Shown one piece after another: positions 1 through 10,441 of a stretch of DNA of 64,000 bases. The stretch covers positions 32,001 through 96,000 of the forward strand of contig JBDRNJ010000014.1 of NCBI GenBank assembly GCA_043811375.1, in the 5' to 3' direction. The position numbers and the translations under genes are program-made. The stretch's first letter is position 1; each line of letters opens with the position of its first letter. Source of the stretch: a bacterium. Lineage in GTDB: Bacteria > Zixibacteria > MSB-5A5 > GN15 > FEB-12. The notes under the pieces are model-generated. The model worked only from the letters and a program-made list of their open reading frames with translations. It searched no databases and was not told where the DNA came from.

Positions 1-537
1 TCGACGATTATCTTACAGTGGTGCCTGTTTCTGCTGATCTATCTGACCTGTCTCCGCGAGCAAACCGGTCTGATCGGCCTTGGCCTCAGGCGCTTTACAC
101 CCAGGGATATAGCCTGGGGGGTCAGCTTGCTGCTGGTGGCCTTCTTGATTCTGGCCTTCCTGTCGTGGCTGCTGGGGCTCCTCGGTCTGCCGTTACCGGG
201 TGAGATTTCGATGCTGATCCCCACCGACACGGTCGGCCGCGTCATCTGGGTGGCGGTCTCAATCAGCGCCGGTGTTTGTGAGGAAGTCGCGTTCAGAGGT
301 TACCTGATGACCCGTCTGCGTCTGATCGGCAAATTCAAGTCCTGGACAGTGCCGGTTATTGTTTCATCGGTGGCTTTCGGCGCCTGCCACTACTCCTACC
401 AGGGTCTGCCGGGGCTGATTCTTATCACGGTCTACGGCCTGCTTTTGGCGCTGCTGTTTGTGCGTACCGGTCGCCTCTGGCCGTGCATCGTCGCTCATTT
501 CTTCCAGGACTTCCTGGCGCTGTTCGTGCCGCAATAG
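1..537 (+). CDS. CPBP/Abi (CAAX protease-like) intramembrane metalloprotease, 5'-truncated by window edge
   Basis: Frame is open from base 1; EEVAFRGY, FGACH and HFFQD motifs; multiple TM segments. Confidence 0.85.
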   Translation, partial: STIILQWCLFLLIYLTCLREQTGLIGLGLRRFTPRDIAWGVSLLLVAFLILAFLSWLLGLLGLPLPGEISMLIPTDTVGRVIWVAVSISAGVCEEVAFRGYLMTRLRLIGKFKSWTVPVIVSSVAFGACHYSYQGLPGLILITVYGLLLALLFVRTGRLWPCIVAHFFQDFLALFVPQ

Positions 538-672
538 GCCGGCAGCAGACCGAGGCAACCCACTTTCCAGCTTGACAAATACACCGGTGCCGGTGCATAC
601 TGTTTTGCCATAAGCAGTGTGACAACAATCGTTCGATTTGCAGCGGAATATCCGAGAGGGAGGTTTTCAGCG

Positions 673-1491
673 ATGTTTGCTCGACACGTTCTCGGAACAT
701 TGGGTATGGTTTTACTGCTCTATCCGGTGCCCGTATCTAATGCCGGAGCAGAAAGCAAACTCGAATCAGGTACAGGTGACATAACTACATTCTCTTCAGG
801 ATACGCGGCGACTCTTCCGGAGTGGGCGGAAGATGTTGATTCCGGGGCAATGTCAAATTCACTGGCGGAGTACTATTTGCAGCGTCTGTCGACTAAGGAC
901 AGGAACCGAAGGATCGTCTCAGGCATCATCAATGTAATTGTCGGCCAGGCCCTGGTATTTGTCGGTCTCGAAGCAACGAGATTGGGCGTGCAGGAACCCG
1001 GATGGGCGGCTGGGACGGTTGTAACTGGATCCGGATGTTTGCTGTCGGCATTGGGTGCAACTGCACTGGGATACACCAGCAAAGCAGAACGGGAGTATAA
1101 ACGCTTAGCTCGTCTTCCAACGTCTCAAGAGAGGAAACACCAAGCCACAGCCGCTCTCCGAGTGGTTTCCGATCGCGCTGCTGAGAAACGCATTGTGACC
1201 GGGCTCACATACTCGGCTCTGTCCGCCTTTTATGCGGCTGCTCTGCCATTTAAGAGATACGAATCCGTTCCCGGCTTCTATGCACCAAAAGAAAAGGGCA
1301 GCGAATGGAATTACGCTATTGCCGGTGTATTCGGGGCCGCTGCTCTGTACTGCTTTGTAATCTCCAGTCCGGACGAAAAGGCCTACCGGCAGTTTTCTAA
1401 CGAAGTTGAGCAACAGGCCGGGCCAAAACTAAGCCTCGCCATCAACTCTACCGGTAGAGATTTGATGCTGGCTGCCGTGGCCTCATTCTGA
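673..1491 (+). CDS. Hypothetical exported/membrane protein with two hydrophobic hairpin repeats
   Basis: Signal-peptide-like N-terminus, four hydrophobic segments, C-terminal Phe; start uncertain (619/673/706); TTGACA at 572-577 upstream. Confidence 0.6.
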   Translation: MFARHVLGTLGMVLLLYPVPVSNAGAESKLESGTGDITTFSSGYAATLPEWAEDVDSGAMSNSLAEYYLQRLSTKDRNRRIVSGIINVIVGQALVFVGLEATRLGVQEPGWAAGTVVTGSGCLLSALGATALGYTSKAEREYKRLARLPTSQERKHQATAALRVVSDRAAEKRIVTGLTYSALSAFYAAALPFKRYESVPGFYAPKEKGSEWNYAIAGVFGAAALYCFVISSPDEKAYRQFSNEVEQQAGPKLSLAINSTGRDLMLAAVASF

Positions 1492-1637
1492 CCTTAGCAT
1501 CACCCGCCGCCACTACTCGGGGCTAATGCAACCTGCCCGCCCCAGTTAAACTTGACTCCAACCATGTCACGGTTCATATAAGAAACAGAAGAGAGGAGCT
1601 ATACCCGGTTCCTACTGGGACAACGGATGATAAATAG

Positions 1638-2450
1638 ATGACACCGCTACGAGCATCACGTCTGGATCAGCGACCCCAGCGGAAACGCCCCGGCTGGCTG
1701 GAGAAGAAACTGCCACCGGGAACCCCTCAGAGAAAGATAATCCTGTGGGGAGTGATACCGCTGCTGCTTTTGATCTTCGCCTACTGGCTGATCGATGATG
1801 TCATCATGATGACGGTTACTCGCCAGGGCACCGAGTTCACACTGCCCGATTTCACCGACCAGCGGCTGATCGAAGCTCAGATCGAACTGGACGATCTGAA
1901 TCTCAGGCACGAAGTCGCTTCTCACGAATACTCCCCCGGCAAGGAGAAAGGGATCATCTTAAATCAGTTCCCCTTTGCCGGGACCAAAGTCAAACCGGGG
2001 CGGACAATCAAGTTTGTCCTTTCGCTGGGACAGAAGCTGATACCTATCCCGGAGCTGAGCGGTAAATCGGTACGGCAGGCGATGCTTGATTTGGAGACGG
2101 CCGGGTTGTTTTTGGGCGAGATCGCCTGGGCATTCTCCGACACGCTGCCGGAGCGGGTGGTGGTTTTTTCTTACCCGGCGGCCGGCATGGAGATACCGCT
2201 GGGCACCCAGGTCAACCTGATGGTCAATCGCGGCCGGGCCTCCAATTTTACGTATATGCCAAAAGTGCTGGGCCTGACAATCGACGAGGCCCGCAAACGT
2301 ATCGAGGACAAATCGCTGAAAGTCGGTATCGTCACTTACCGCACCGATGAAAACTACCTGCCCGAAACGGTCCTGGAGCAGTCCGAACCGGAAGGAGCCG
2401 AGCTTGATGTCGCCACCGAAATCGACCTGGTAGTGAGTTCGACGGAGTAA
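1638..2450 (+). CDS. PASTA-domain membrane protein (three PASTA repeats)
   Basis: One TM followed by three PASTA-like repeats starting LPDFTD, IPELSGK and MPKVLGL. Confidence 0.88.
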   Translation: MTPLRASRLDQRPQRKRPGWLEKKLPPGTPQRKIILWGVIPLLLLIFAYWLIDDVIMMTVTRQGTEFTLPDFTDQRLIEAQIELDDLNLRHEVASHEYSPGKEKGIILNQFPFAGTKVKPGRTIKFVLSLGQKLIPIPELSGKSVRQAMLDLETAGLFLGEIAWAFSDTLPERVVVFSYPAAGMEIPLGTQVNLMVNRGRASNFTYMPKVLGLTIDEARKRIEDKSLKVGIVTYRTDENYLPETVLEQSEPEGAELDVATEIDLVVSSTE

Positions 2451-2606
2451 GAGGGGGAGGAATCCTCGCTTGACTTATCATCGGTGGGCTGGCATGTTGC
2501 TCCTGTGCTTATTTGCGATTGACAAGGGGTAGTATGTTTTTTGAGTTCGAGAAAATAAGACTCCTTTCCAGCCCCGGGTATCGTCACAGACAGTTGGAGC
2601 AGTAAA

Positions 2607-3818
2607 ATGAAGAACAAGGACAACAGCCCATTTACTCCAGGTAGTCCTGTACCAGCCGAAAACTTCATCGGTAGAACTGCACAAGTCGATGAGGCCATTC
2701 GGCATATGAAGCAGGCAACGCGGGGAAAACAACAGAACGTATTCCTCACTGGAGACAGAGGAATTGGGAAGAGTTCCTTTGCCTCATTTCTTCGTCACTG
2801 GGCTGCTGAAAAGGAGAATGTTTTGGGAATCCATGTCTTTCTCGGTCGAGTATCGACCTTGAACGAGATGGTGCGCCACATTTTTGATCAGGTTCTAAAG
2901 GTAACTCAAGAGCAAACGTGGTCACAGAAAATCAAACAATCCTTCGGTGATAGCATCCAACAAGTAGGGCTGTTTGGCATCTCTCTTAGCTTCAATCCGC
3001 GCAAAGATGAATTGGAGAATTTGGTCGCGAAATTCCCGGAGGCTCTTGACAATTTACTGAAGGGAATCAGAGGGGAACAAAAGGCGCTGTTTATGGCTCT
3101 TGATGACGTTAACGGATTGGCCGAAGAGCCGGAATTCGCTAATTGGTACAAGAGTTTTGTCGATGAAGTTGCAACGCACTACAAGGATTTCCCTGTTTTC
3201 ACCATGTTGGTTGGACTTCCCGAGAAACGTGACAAGCTGGCCAGTTTACAACCATCATTGATGAGGATATTCTCCATCATAGAAATTGAGAAACTCTCCG
3301 ATGACGACGTCAGAGAGTTTCTGTCCCAGTCCTTCCGTTCCGTCAACATACCTGTTTCGTCCGAAGCTATGAAGCTTATGGTCAGGTTCTCCAGCGGACT
3401 ACCTATCCTGATGCACGAGATCGGCGACGCAACATTCTGGGTTGATGATGACGAAAGCGTAAATATCAATGATGCCGTTGTCGGCATTACGCTGGCGGCC
3501 GAGCGAATCGGAAGGAAGTACCTTGACCCCAAGGTCTACAGAGCTATCCGCAGCAAACGTTACCGATCAATCTTGAGAAAACTGGCACAGGTACCTCTCT
3601 CTACCCATTTTTCGACAAAGGAGCTGGGATCCAAGCTAACTGAAGCGGAAAAGAAGGTGCTCCACAATTTCCTGAGAAAATTGAGGGAACTGGGAATCAT
3701 CGAGAGTGATTTGGAGCGAGGTCAGGGGGCATATCGGTTTGTCAATGAAATCTACCCGGTTTACATCTTAATGGAATCGCAACGATACAAGACACAAGCA
3801 TCGCATAAAAAAACGTAA
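2607..3818 (+). CDS. Stand-alone P-loop AAA/STAND-like ATPase with probable C-terminal winged helix
   Basis: SPFTPG...FIGR N-terminal motif, Walker A GDRGIGKS, Walker B FMALDD, C-terminal LRKLRELGII...YRF. Confidence 0.8.
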   Translation: MKNKDNSPFTPGSPVPAENFIGRTAQVDEAIRHMKQATRGKQQNVFLTGDRGIGKSSFASFLRHWAAEKENVLGIHVFLGRVSTLNEMVRHIFDQVLKVTQEQTWSQKIKQSFGDSIQQVGLFGISLSFNPRKDELENLVAKFPEALDNLLKGIRGEQKALFMALDDVNGLAEEPEFANWYKSFVDEVATHYKDFPVFTMLVGLPEKRDKLASLQPSLMRIFSIIEIEKLSDDDVREFLSQSFRSVNIPVSSEAMKLMVRFSSGLPILMHEIGDATFWVDDDESVNINDAVVGITLAAERIGRKYLDPKVYRAIRSKRYRSILRKLAQVPLSTHFSTKELGSKLTEAEKKVLHNFLRKLRELGIIESDLERGQGAYRFVNEIYPVYILMESQRYKTQASHKKT

Positions 3819-3904
3819 TAGCACAAGCTTCAAGCTCGGAAGGTTCGCGGCCCAGTTCCGACTCTTGCCAGAGTTACCCCCCCACATTTCCCCACACATT
3901 TCCC

Positions 3905-3932
3905 TTGCCATTTTTTTCTATTTTGCTATAAT
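3905..3932 (+). promoter_or_regulatory. Sigma-70-type promoter of the ffh operon
   Basis: TTGCCA-N16-TATAAT with extended -10 TG. Confidence 0.6.
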
Positions 3933-4058
3933 TGAAGGCTTTGTAATGGTGCCCCCGGGCTAAACCGGCAGGCCGGAACCCGGCCTTTTTGCCCGAGGGA
4001 ATAATGGAAGACGGCCGCCAAATGGTTGCCGAAAATTGACTGAGATGCATTAGTTAAG

Positions 4059-5384
4059 ATGTTTGCCAACTTAGGCGACAAACTGGAACTGGTCTTCAAG
4101 AAGCTTCGCGGCGCCGGGAAGCTCAGCGAGAAGAATATCAAGGACTCGATGCGCGAAGTCCGTCAGGCGCTGCTGGAAGCCGACGTCAACTACAAAGTGG
4201 CTCGCGATTTCGTTAAGACCGTTCAGGAACAGGCTGTCGGTGAAAAGATTCTGCAGTCAATCGAGCCGGGTCAACAGGTTATCAAGATAGTTCATAACGA
4301 GATGGTTAACCTGTTGGGCGGCAAGGCCGTGGCACTGGCGCCGGTAGATCGCTCACCAACTGTCTACATGGTCTGCGGCCTGCAGGGATCAGGCAAAACG
4401 ACATTGTGTGGTAAGCTGGCTCTGCAGACCAAACGCAGAAACCAGAAGCCGCTTTTAGTGGCGGCCGATATCTATCGTCCGGCGGCAGTCAAGCAGCTTA
4501 AAGTTCTGGCAGATTCGATTTCTGTCGAGCATTTCTCACTTGAGGGCAAGAAGCCGGTGGACATTTGCCGCCAGGCTGTCAGATACGCCGAGAAGAATTT
4601 TATCGACCTGGTCATTCTGGACACTGCCGGTCGGCTGCATATCGACAAGGAAATGATGGCCGAACTGGAAGCGATAAAATCCAGCCTGTCGCCCCACGAG
4701 ATACTGTTGGTGGCGGATAGTATGACCGGCCAGGATGCTGTTAACATTGCCGACCAGTTTCATAAACAACTGGGTCTTACCGGCGTGGTCCTGTCCAAAC
4801 TTGATGGCGACGCTCGCGGCGGGGCCGCTCTGTCGATCCGGTCGGTTACCGGCTGCCCTATCAAACTGGCCTCGACCGGCGAGAAGCCGGCTGACCTGGA
4901 GCCGTTTCATCCCGACCGGATGGCTTCCCGTATCCTTGGTATGGGCGATATCGTCTCCCTGGTAGAGAAAGCCCAGGAGACTATCGACACCGAAGAAGCT
5001 GAGAAAATGCAGGAGAAGCTGCTGAAAGCTCAGTTTGATTTCGAGGATTTCCTGCAACAGATGGACCAGCTCAAGAAAATGGGGCCGCTGGAGTCGATAA
5101 TAAAAATGATACCCGGAGTGGGCAAAGCCCTCAAGGGGATCAAGGTCGAAGAGAAGGATATGGAGCGGATGGTGGCCATCATCAAGTCGATGACTATCGA
5201 GGAACGACGTCACCCGGGTTTGATCGACGGTTCGCGCAAGCGTCGGATTGCCGTTGGCTCGGGCAACTCGGTGCAGTCGGTCAACCAACTGCTCAAACAG
5301 TTTTTTGCCATGCAGAAAATGTTTCATAGTATGAACAAAGGCAGACTCAAGAGCATCCCCAAAGGGATGCTTCCGTTTGCATAA
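4059..5384 (+). CDS. ffh: Signal recognition particle protein Ffh
   Basis: [38 protein letters not shown]-domain. Confidence 0.98.
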   Translation: MFANLGDKLELVFKKLRGAGKLSEKNIKDSMREVRQALLEADVNYKVARDFVKTVQEQAVGEKILQSIEPGQQVIKIVHNEMVNLLGGKAVALAPVDRSPTVYMVCGLQGSGKTTLCGKLALQTKRRNQKPLLVAADIYRPAAVKQLKVLADSISVEHFSLEGKKPVDICRQAVRYAEKNFIDLVILDTAGRLHIDKEMMAELEAIKSSLSPHEILLVADSMTGQDAVNIADQFHKQLGLTGVVLSKLDGDARGGAALSIRSVTGCPIKLASTGEKPADLEPFHPDRMASRILGMGDIVSLVEKAQETIDTEEAEKMQEKLLKAQFDFEDFLQQMDQLKKMGPLESIIKMIPGVGKALKGIKVEEKDMERMVAIIKSMTIEERRHPGLIDGSRKRRIAVGSGNSVQSVNQLLKQFFAMQKMFHSMNKGRLKSIPKGMLPFA

Positions 5385-5409
5385 CCATAACCCGAGGAGG
5401 ATACCTTTA

Positions 5410-5853
5410 TTGCCGGTACATATTCGCCTTCGCCGTATGGGGGCCAAGAAACGCCCCTTCTACCGGATTGTTGCTGCTGATTCGCGCCGCGCTCGTGACG
5501 GGAATTTTCTGGAAATTCTCGGCACTTACAATCCCATCACTACGCCGGCCGAGGTCAAGTTGTTCGAGGATCGCGTGGCCGGTTGGCTTGATCAGGGCGC
5601 CATACCGAGTGACACAGTCGGCTCTCTGTTTACCCAGATCGGCTTCACCGAGAAGTACCTTCTGGCCAAGAAGGGTCAGGATACTTCTGAGATGATCCTG
5701 AAAACGACGATCAAAGAACGACCCAAAAAGACCAGAAAGATGAAAAAAGCAGCCATAACTCCCCCGGAGACTCCCACTGAGTCGGCCGAAGAGACTCCGG
5801 CCAAACCAACTGAGACCACCGGGGAGGCTGAATCCACTGACCAGTCTGAATGA
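5410..5853 (+). CDS. rpsP: 30S ribosomal protein S16 with acidic/Pro-rich C-terminal tail
   Basis: [25 protein letters not shown] start at 5410 after GAGGAGG. Confidence 0.95.
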   Translation: MPVHIRLRRMGAKKRPFYRIVAADSRRARDGNFLEILGTYNPITTPAEVKLFEDRVAGWLDQGAIPSDTVGSLFTQIGFTEKYLLAKKGQDTSEMILKTTIKERPKKTRKMKKAAITPPETPTESAEETPAKPTETTGEAESTDQSE

Positions 5854-5958
5854 CACCACTACCAACATGCACAGCATCGATGCCACTATCAGGTTTGACA
5901 GAACTGGACCAAAACACTGTATCTGAGATGAAACCGACAGACAGAAAGGATTACGAAT

Positions 5959-6189
5959 ATGAAGGACTTTATTGAGTCTATCGTAAGGGTATTGGTTGAC
6001 AATCCTGATCAGATTAATATTGTGGAGGTTGAGGGTACCCGTACTACCGTTTATGAACTGCGGGTCGCCCAGAGTGACCTGGGCAAAGTCATCGGGAAAA
6101 ACGGCCAGACGGCAAAATCGATGCGGACGTTACTGTCGGCGGCGGCCGCTCGCCAGGGCAAAAGAGCCGTCCTGGAAATCCTTGAATAG
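5959..6189 (+). CDS. khpA: KH-domain RNA-binding protein KhpA (YlqC)
   Basis: DLGKVIGKNGQTA; canonical position between rpsP and rimM. Confidence 0.92.
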   Translation: MKDFIESIVRVLVDNPDQINIVEVEGTRTTVYELRVAQSDLGKVIGKNGQTAKSMRTLLSAAAARQGKRAVLEILE

Positions 6190-6192
6190 CCG

Positions 6193-6744
6193 GTGCCGGC
6201 CGACACGTTTATAATAGTAGGTACACTGGGACGCACCCGGGGTGTCACCGGAGAGATGTATGTTACGCTGGAAACGGATTTCCCCGATCGGTTTGTCGAT
6301 CTCAGAGAAATTCATGTACACGACCGCAACGGCTGGGAAATAATGCGCCTGGCTTCTTCCCGGTTGGTATCGGGAAAACCGGTCATCCGGTTCGATAACG
6401 TCACTACCCGGGAGGAGGCCGCCCGGTTGACCGGTCGGCAATTGGGTGTCCCCAGAGATCAGGTAGTCCGGCTCCCGATAGACACCTATTACTTGTTCGA
6501 TCTTATCGGCTGCCGGGTGATTGAAAAGGATACCGGGAGTTCTATCGGCCGACTGGTCGATGTTGAGCAATATCCGGCCAACGACGTGTACGTTATAGAG
6601 GATGAATCAGGTAAGGTGATGCGCTGCCCGGCCGTGAGACAGTATGTAACCAGCGTTGATATTGCCGGGAAAAAGATAATGATATGCAGCGATGGGTTGA
6701 TTCAGGAGCATGAGAGCCCAACCGAGCCGGATGATGAAGTTTGA
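6193..6744 (+). CDS. rimM: Ribosome maturation factor RimM
   Basis: GRTRGVTGE, YYLFDLIGC, ANDVYVI; synteny. Confidence 0.93.
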   Translation: MPADTFIIVGTLGRTRGVTGEMYVTLETDFPDRFVDLREIHVHDRNGWEIMRLASSRLVSGKPVIRFDNVTTREEAARLTGRQLGVPRDQVVRLPIDTYYLFDLIGCRVIEKDTGSSIGRLVDVEQYPANDVYVIEDESGKVMRCPAVRQYVTSVDIAGKKIMICSDGLIQEHESPTEPDDEV

Positions 6745-7495
6745 AATTATTACGCTCTTTCCCGATTACTTTGACCAGTCGCTGAGACAGTCACTGCCGG
6801 GAAGGGCGCTGGAAAAAAAGCTCTTTGAAATCGAAATCATAAATCTTCGGGATTTTGCCCGGGATCGACACCAGACGGTCGATGATACCCCGTTTGGTGG
6901 TGGCGGCGGCATGGTGCTCATGTTGGAGCCGCTGGACCGCTGCCTGCAGGCGCTGGGTTACCGACACCGCGGTCAGACACCACCATCGCCGCAGGACCGG
7001 CTGGTGCTTACTTCGGCGGCGGGAGTGCCGTTTGACCAGGAGCGGGCTATCACCTGCTCGCTGCTGCAGCGGATGACCATCGTCTGCGGTCATTACCTGG
7101 GAGTGGACGAGAGAATCCTGAGTCTGTACGAGATGGATGAGGTCTCGATCGGTGACTTTGTTCTCACCGGTGGCGAACCGGCGGCCGCGGTAATGGTTGA
7201 TGCCATTGTCCGTCTGATTCCCGGGGTGCTGGGCAATTTCCAATCGGCCCTGGGGGACTCCTGCATGGATCGGATGCTCGGCACACCCTGTTACACCAGG
7301 CCGGCTACTTATGACGGACTGCCGGTACCGCCGGCGCTGTTGTCGGGCAATCACGAGGAGATTGAAAAATTCCGCAGAGCGGAGGCCATCAGAAAATGCC
7401 TGGCCAACCGCCCGGACCTGCTTAAACAGGCCGAACTGACCGGAGATGAGATAGACCAGATAAAGAAAAACGACCCCAGTTTCGACATTAGTTGA
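6734..7495 (+). CDS. trmD: tRNA (guanine37-N1)-methyltransferase
   Basis: ITLFPD, VDDTPFGGGGGMVL, SIGDFVLTGGE, YTRP, LLSGNH. Confidence 0.97.
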   Translation: MKFEIITLFPDYFDQSLRQSLPGRALEKKLFEIEIINLRDFARDRHQTVDDTPFGGGGGMVLMLEPLDRCLQALGYRHRGQTPPSPQDRLVLTSAAGVPFDQERAITCSLLQRMTIVCGHYLGVDERILSLYEMDEVSIGDFVLTGGEPAAAVMVDAIVRLIPGVLGNFQSALGDSCMDRMLGTPCYTRPATYDGLPVPPALLSGNHEEIEKFRRAEAIRKCLANRPDLLKQAELTGDEIDQIKKNDPSFDIS

Positions 7496-7509
7496 ATTAG
7501 AAAGGATAG

Positions 7510-7941
7510 ATGATGAAACGCATAGCCCAGATCGAAAAAAGTCATATGCGTGACGACCACCCTGATTTCAAATCAGGCGACACCGTTCGAGTGCACGTTA
7601 AGATCAAGGAAGGCGAAAAAGAGCGCATCCAGGTCTTTCAAGGCGCTGTGATAGGTCGTCGAGGAAGCGGCACCGGCGCCAGCTTCGCCGTCCGCAAGAT
7701 TTCCAGTGGTATCGGTGTGGAGCGCATATTCCCCCTGCACTCGCCCAACATCGATAAGATCGAGATAATTCGCTCCGGCTCGGTGCGGCGTAACAAGCTC
7801 TATTACCTGAGGGGCTTGACCGGCAAATCAGCCCGAATCAAAGAGGAATTCACCGAAAAGGGCAAGAAAAAGGCGCCTGTAGCTCAAAAGGAAATCCCTG
7901 AGGAACCTTCTCCCGAGCAGCAGACAGACACGCCGGAATAG
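7510..7941 (+). CDS. rplS: 50S ribosomal protein L19
   Basis: [40 protein letters not shown]. Confidence 0.98.
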   Translation: MMKRIAQIEKSHMRDDHPDFKSGDTVRVHVKIKEGEKERIQVFQGAVIGRRGSGTGASFAVRKISSGIGVERIFPLHSPNIDKIEIIRSGSVRRNKLYYLRGLTGKSARIKEEFTEKGKKKAPVAQKEIPEEPSPEQQTDTPE

Positions 7942-8013
7942 TACTACCCCACGTTGCGACACGGAAGGTTCAACCTCCTCATGAGAGGAAAGGTCAGATT
8001 CGCACGGCTGAGT

Positions 8014-8892
8014 ATGTCGGCAACTCCCGGCAGGTGCATTACTCCGGTCCGCAGACTCGGTCGGGTACTGTTGCCGGCAGTGATTTGCCTGCTGTTGATT
8101 ATCAGCGGTTGCCGTAAAGACCGACCCTTAGATCACTCCATCCTGATCCTTTATGCGTTTGACGCCGAAGGGGTTGTTATCAACGATAAGATTTCCAACC
8201 GGCGTACGGAGACACATCTGGGCCGCCCGGTAGTGCTGGGCGAATTGTCCGGGAAAGGCGTCATCCTGGCCGAATCCGGAATCGGCATGACCAACGCCGC
8301 TATGACCGCCCAGAGGATGATAGATGCTTACAACCCCCGGACGGTTGTTTTCACCGGCATCGCCGGATCGGTGGACAGCATCGTGAAGATTGGCGATATC
8401 GTAGTCTGCAGCGAATGGATAACACACGATTTTGGTTATATCGGTCGTGACGGCTTCAGACATCGCGGTATACTGGCTTACCAGCCAAACGTTGATTCGG
8501 TGGTGCGCACGGTAGTCTTCCCGGTGGACAGCAATCTGATCACACTGGCTGCCGCACTGGCCGACAGCACACCGGACCTGAGAAAAATCGGCACCCGTCA
8601 ACCGCGTCTGAGAGTCGGTGGTGTGGGTGTCAGCGGTAATACTTTCATTGACAGCGAAACCAAACGCCAATGGCTCTCACACGAATTCGACGCCCTGGTT
8701 ACCGACATGGAATCGGCAGCCGTAGCACAGGTATGTACCGTCAACAAAATTCCCTTTATCATTTTTCGTTCCTCCTCGGACCTGGCGGGAGGTTCCGGTT
8801 CGGCCACCGCCAGGGATGAACTGGAACGCTTTTTCGAAGTAGCCGCCGACAATTCCGCAAGAGTTGTCCTGCAATTCGTGGCCGGGCTGTAG
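8014..8892 (+). CDS. MTA/SAH nucleosidase-family (PNP_UDP_1) lipoprotein
   Basis: SGIGMTNAA, FTGIAG, DMESAAVAQV, RSSSDLA; lipobox LLIISGC; start uncertain. Confidence 0.85.
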   Translation: MSATPGRCITPVRRLGRVLLPAVICLLLIISGCRKDRPLDHSILILYAFDAEGVVINDKISNRRTETHLGRPVVLGELSGKGVILAESGIGMTNAAMTAQRMIDAYNPRTVVFTGIAGSVDSIVKIGDIVVCSEWITHDFGYIGRDGFRHRGILAYQPNVDSVVRTVVFPVDSNLITLAAALADSTPDLRKIGTRQPRLRVGGVGVSGNTFIDSETKRQWLSHEFDALVTDMESAAVAQVCTVNKIPFIIFRSSSDLAGGSGSATARDELERFFEVAADNSARVVLQFVAGL

Positions 8893-9000
8893 GTGTAGTC
8901 AACTCATCATCCAGACTTGTTGTAAAACACGAGCAATTGGACCACCCAGTCGTTATAGCAGTTGTCATAATTGCGTTCCGATTGAGAGCGGGACTCAGAA

Positions 9001-9028
9001 GGCGGATTCGAAGACGGATCCGCCCTAC
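9001..9028 (-). repeat. GTAG-headed REP-like palindrome
   Basis: Minus strand reads GTAG-GGCGGATCC...GAATCCGCC. Confidence 0.6.
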
Positions 9029-9085
9029 CTGGCTGTTTTTCTGATCATGCCACTTGCGCTCATAATGTCCCTCCTTTCGTAAGAC

Positions 9086-10141
9086 TCACAACGCTTTCTG
9101 ACAGGTGAACCCACTGGGCTCTTTCGGATCACCGATACGCCGGTGTCTAATTACCTGCAAGGTCTCTACATCCACCAGAACGAGCATGGCAATGTCTCTG
9201 TCGATTCCCACAAGAAAGCGTCCGTCCGGTGTAATTTCAATATGACTCAGGTAAAGGAGACTCGGCTGGGTGCCATATAAACTGTCAACGATGATATTAA
9301 CGTGCTCGACGGCTCTTGACCCCGTATTTAGAACGCTAAGGCTGGTACTGGGGGGCCAACAGTAGGATATGGTCATATCAGGATAAGTGAAGAAAAGTCG
9401 CTGTCCGTCAGGTGTTAGCTCAAGTTGCCCGTTGCCTGGCTCAAAGTGATAGCTAAACACAACCGAGTCTGCGCCAACATCGAACAGTTGCACAGCCATA
9501 TGGCACAAACCCCATCCGGCATAGATATACCAGTAGTGCTCGTTAGGAGATGGCCGTACCCATGTAAAAACAAAATCGGTAAACTGTCTGCGTACGGGTG
9601 GTTTGCTCCCCTTAACTTCGACCCGGTAAACGTAATCGCGATACCTGCTGCCATAGAATGTCCGGCTGTCATAAGAGAAGGTGCCCCAGTATGTCTGGTC
9701 GGTGTCATGAAAAACGACGGAATAGTCCGATGTGCTCAGAACGTACAGATCATTACCCTGTATAGCGACCAAGCGGTTGTCAGGTGAGACGGCTATGCCG
9801 CCCCCGGCATCGTATGGCAGTTTGGTCAGGTTCTGCGGATTGCCTATTTCCAGCATAAAGCATGAATCCTGTAACGCCAGGTAAAGCTTCTTCCCATCGG
9901 CCGAAACCGTTAACCCTCGCAGAGAACCGACCGCCACCTGAAACGAGTCAAGTAAATCACTGCCGACATGATAGGCATAAATCCATCCCGGATTCCCGGA
10001 ATCGTCGAAATAGACCACATAGTCCTTCGGCTGCGGCGGCCCCGTCGGTTTGTCACCGTTGCAGGCCGATAAGTATAAAACCAAACCTGCCAGTACTGCC
10101 GCAAGGAACGCCGGCGCTCGCTTCACCTTCCAACTTGCCAT
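9086..10141 (-). CDS. Beta-propeller (YncE-like) lipoprotein
   Basis: Lipobox YLSAC; repeated blades VSADGKKLY, VSPDNRLV, LTPDGQRLF, ITPDGRFLV. Confidence 0.8.
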   Translation of the reverse strand: MASWKVKRAPAFLAAVLAGLVLYLSACNGDKPTGPPQPKDYVVYFDDSGNPGWIYAYHVGSDLLDSFQVAVGSLRGLTVSADGKKLYLALQDSCFMLEIGNPQNLTKLPYDAGGGIAVSPDNRLVAIQGNDLYVLSTSDYSVVFHDTDQTYWGTFSYDSRTFYGSRYRDYVYRVEVKGSKPPVRRQFTDFVFTWVRPSPNEHYWYIYAGWGLCHMAVQLFDVGADSVVFSYHFEPGNGQLELTPDGQRLFFTYPDMTISYCWPPSTSLSVLNTGSRAVEHVNIIVDSLYGTQPSLLYLSHIEITPDGRFLVGIDRDIAMLVLVDVETLQVIRHRRIGDPKEPSGFTCQKAL

Positions 10142-10317
10142 AGCAATCCCGCCTTATTATTTGATTGGTTTTGGTAATATAGTTCATACCCCTGTCAATT
10201 CCTGTCGGTATAAAAGCAACCTTTTGAAAAAACTATTCTCTCGAAATTGTCTGATTGGCTTCATAATACTGCTCATACCCCGGTTATATAAGGGATTCTA
10301 CCCTGCGTTTGCAGTTT

Positions 10318-10406
10318 CAACCCCAAACAAGTTTGGGGTTGCCACCCGAGGTCGACGCGCGTTGGGTGGGGGATTGTCACCCACTAATAAATGTGGAGAT
10401 GCCACT
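10318..10406. repeat. REP-like palindromes (GCCACC-tailed family)
   Basis: Perfect hairpin CAACCCCAAAC-AA-GTTTGGGGTTG running into CCACCCG; a second GGGTGG...GCCAC unit follows. Confidence 0.6.
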
Positions 10407-10441
10407 GACTGGTCACTGGTGATGCCGGCGGGCTCTCACCC

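Noticed and set aside
3945..4030. SRP (4.5S) RNA next to ffh
   Set aside because: CAGGCCGGAA only partly resembles the domain IV core; the following GGAAGCAGC half is missing
7085..7115. TrmD motif GHYLG instead of GRYEG as a sign of inactivation
   Set aside because: This position varies among TrmD proteins and all other motifs are intact
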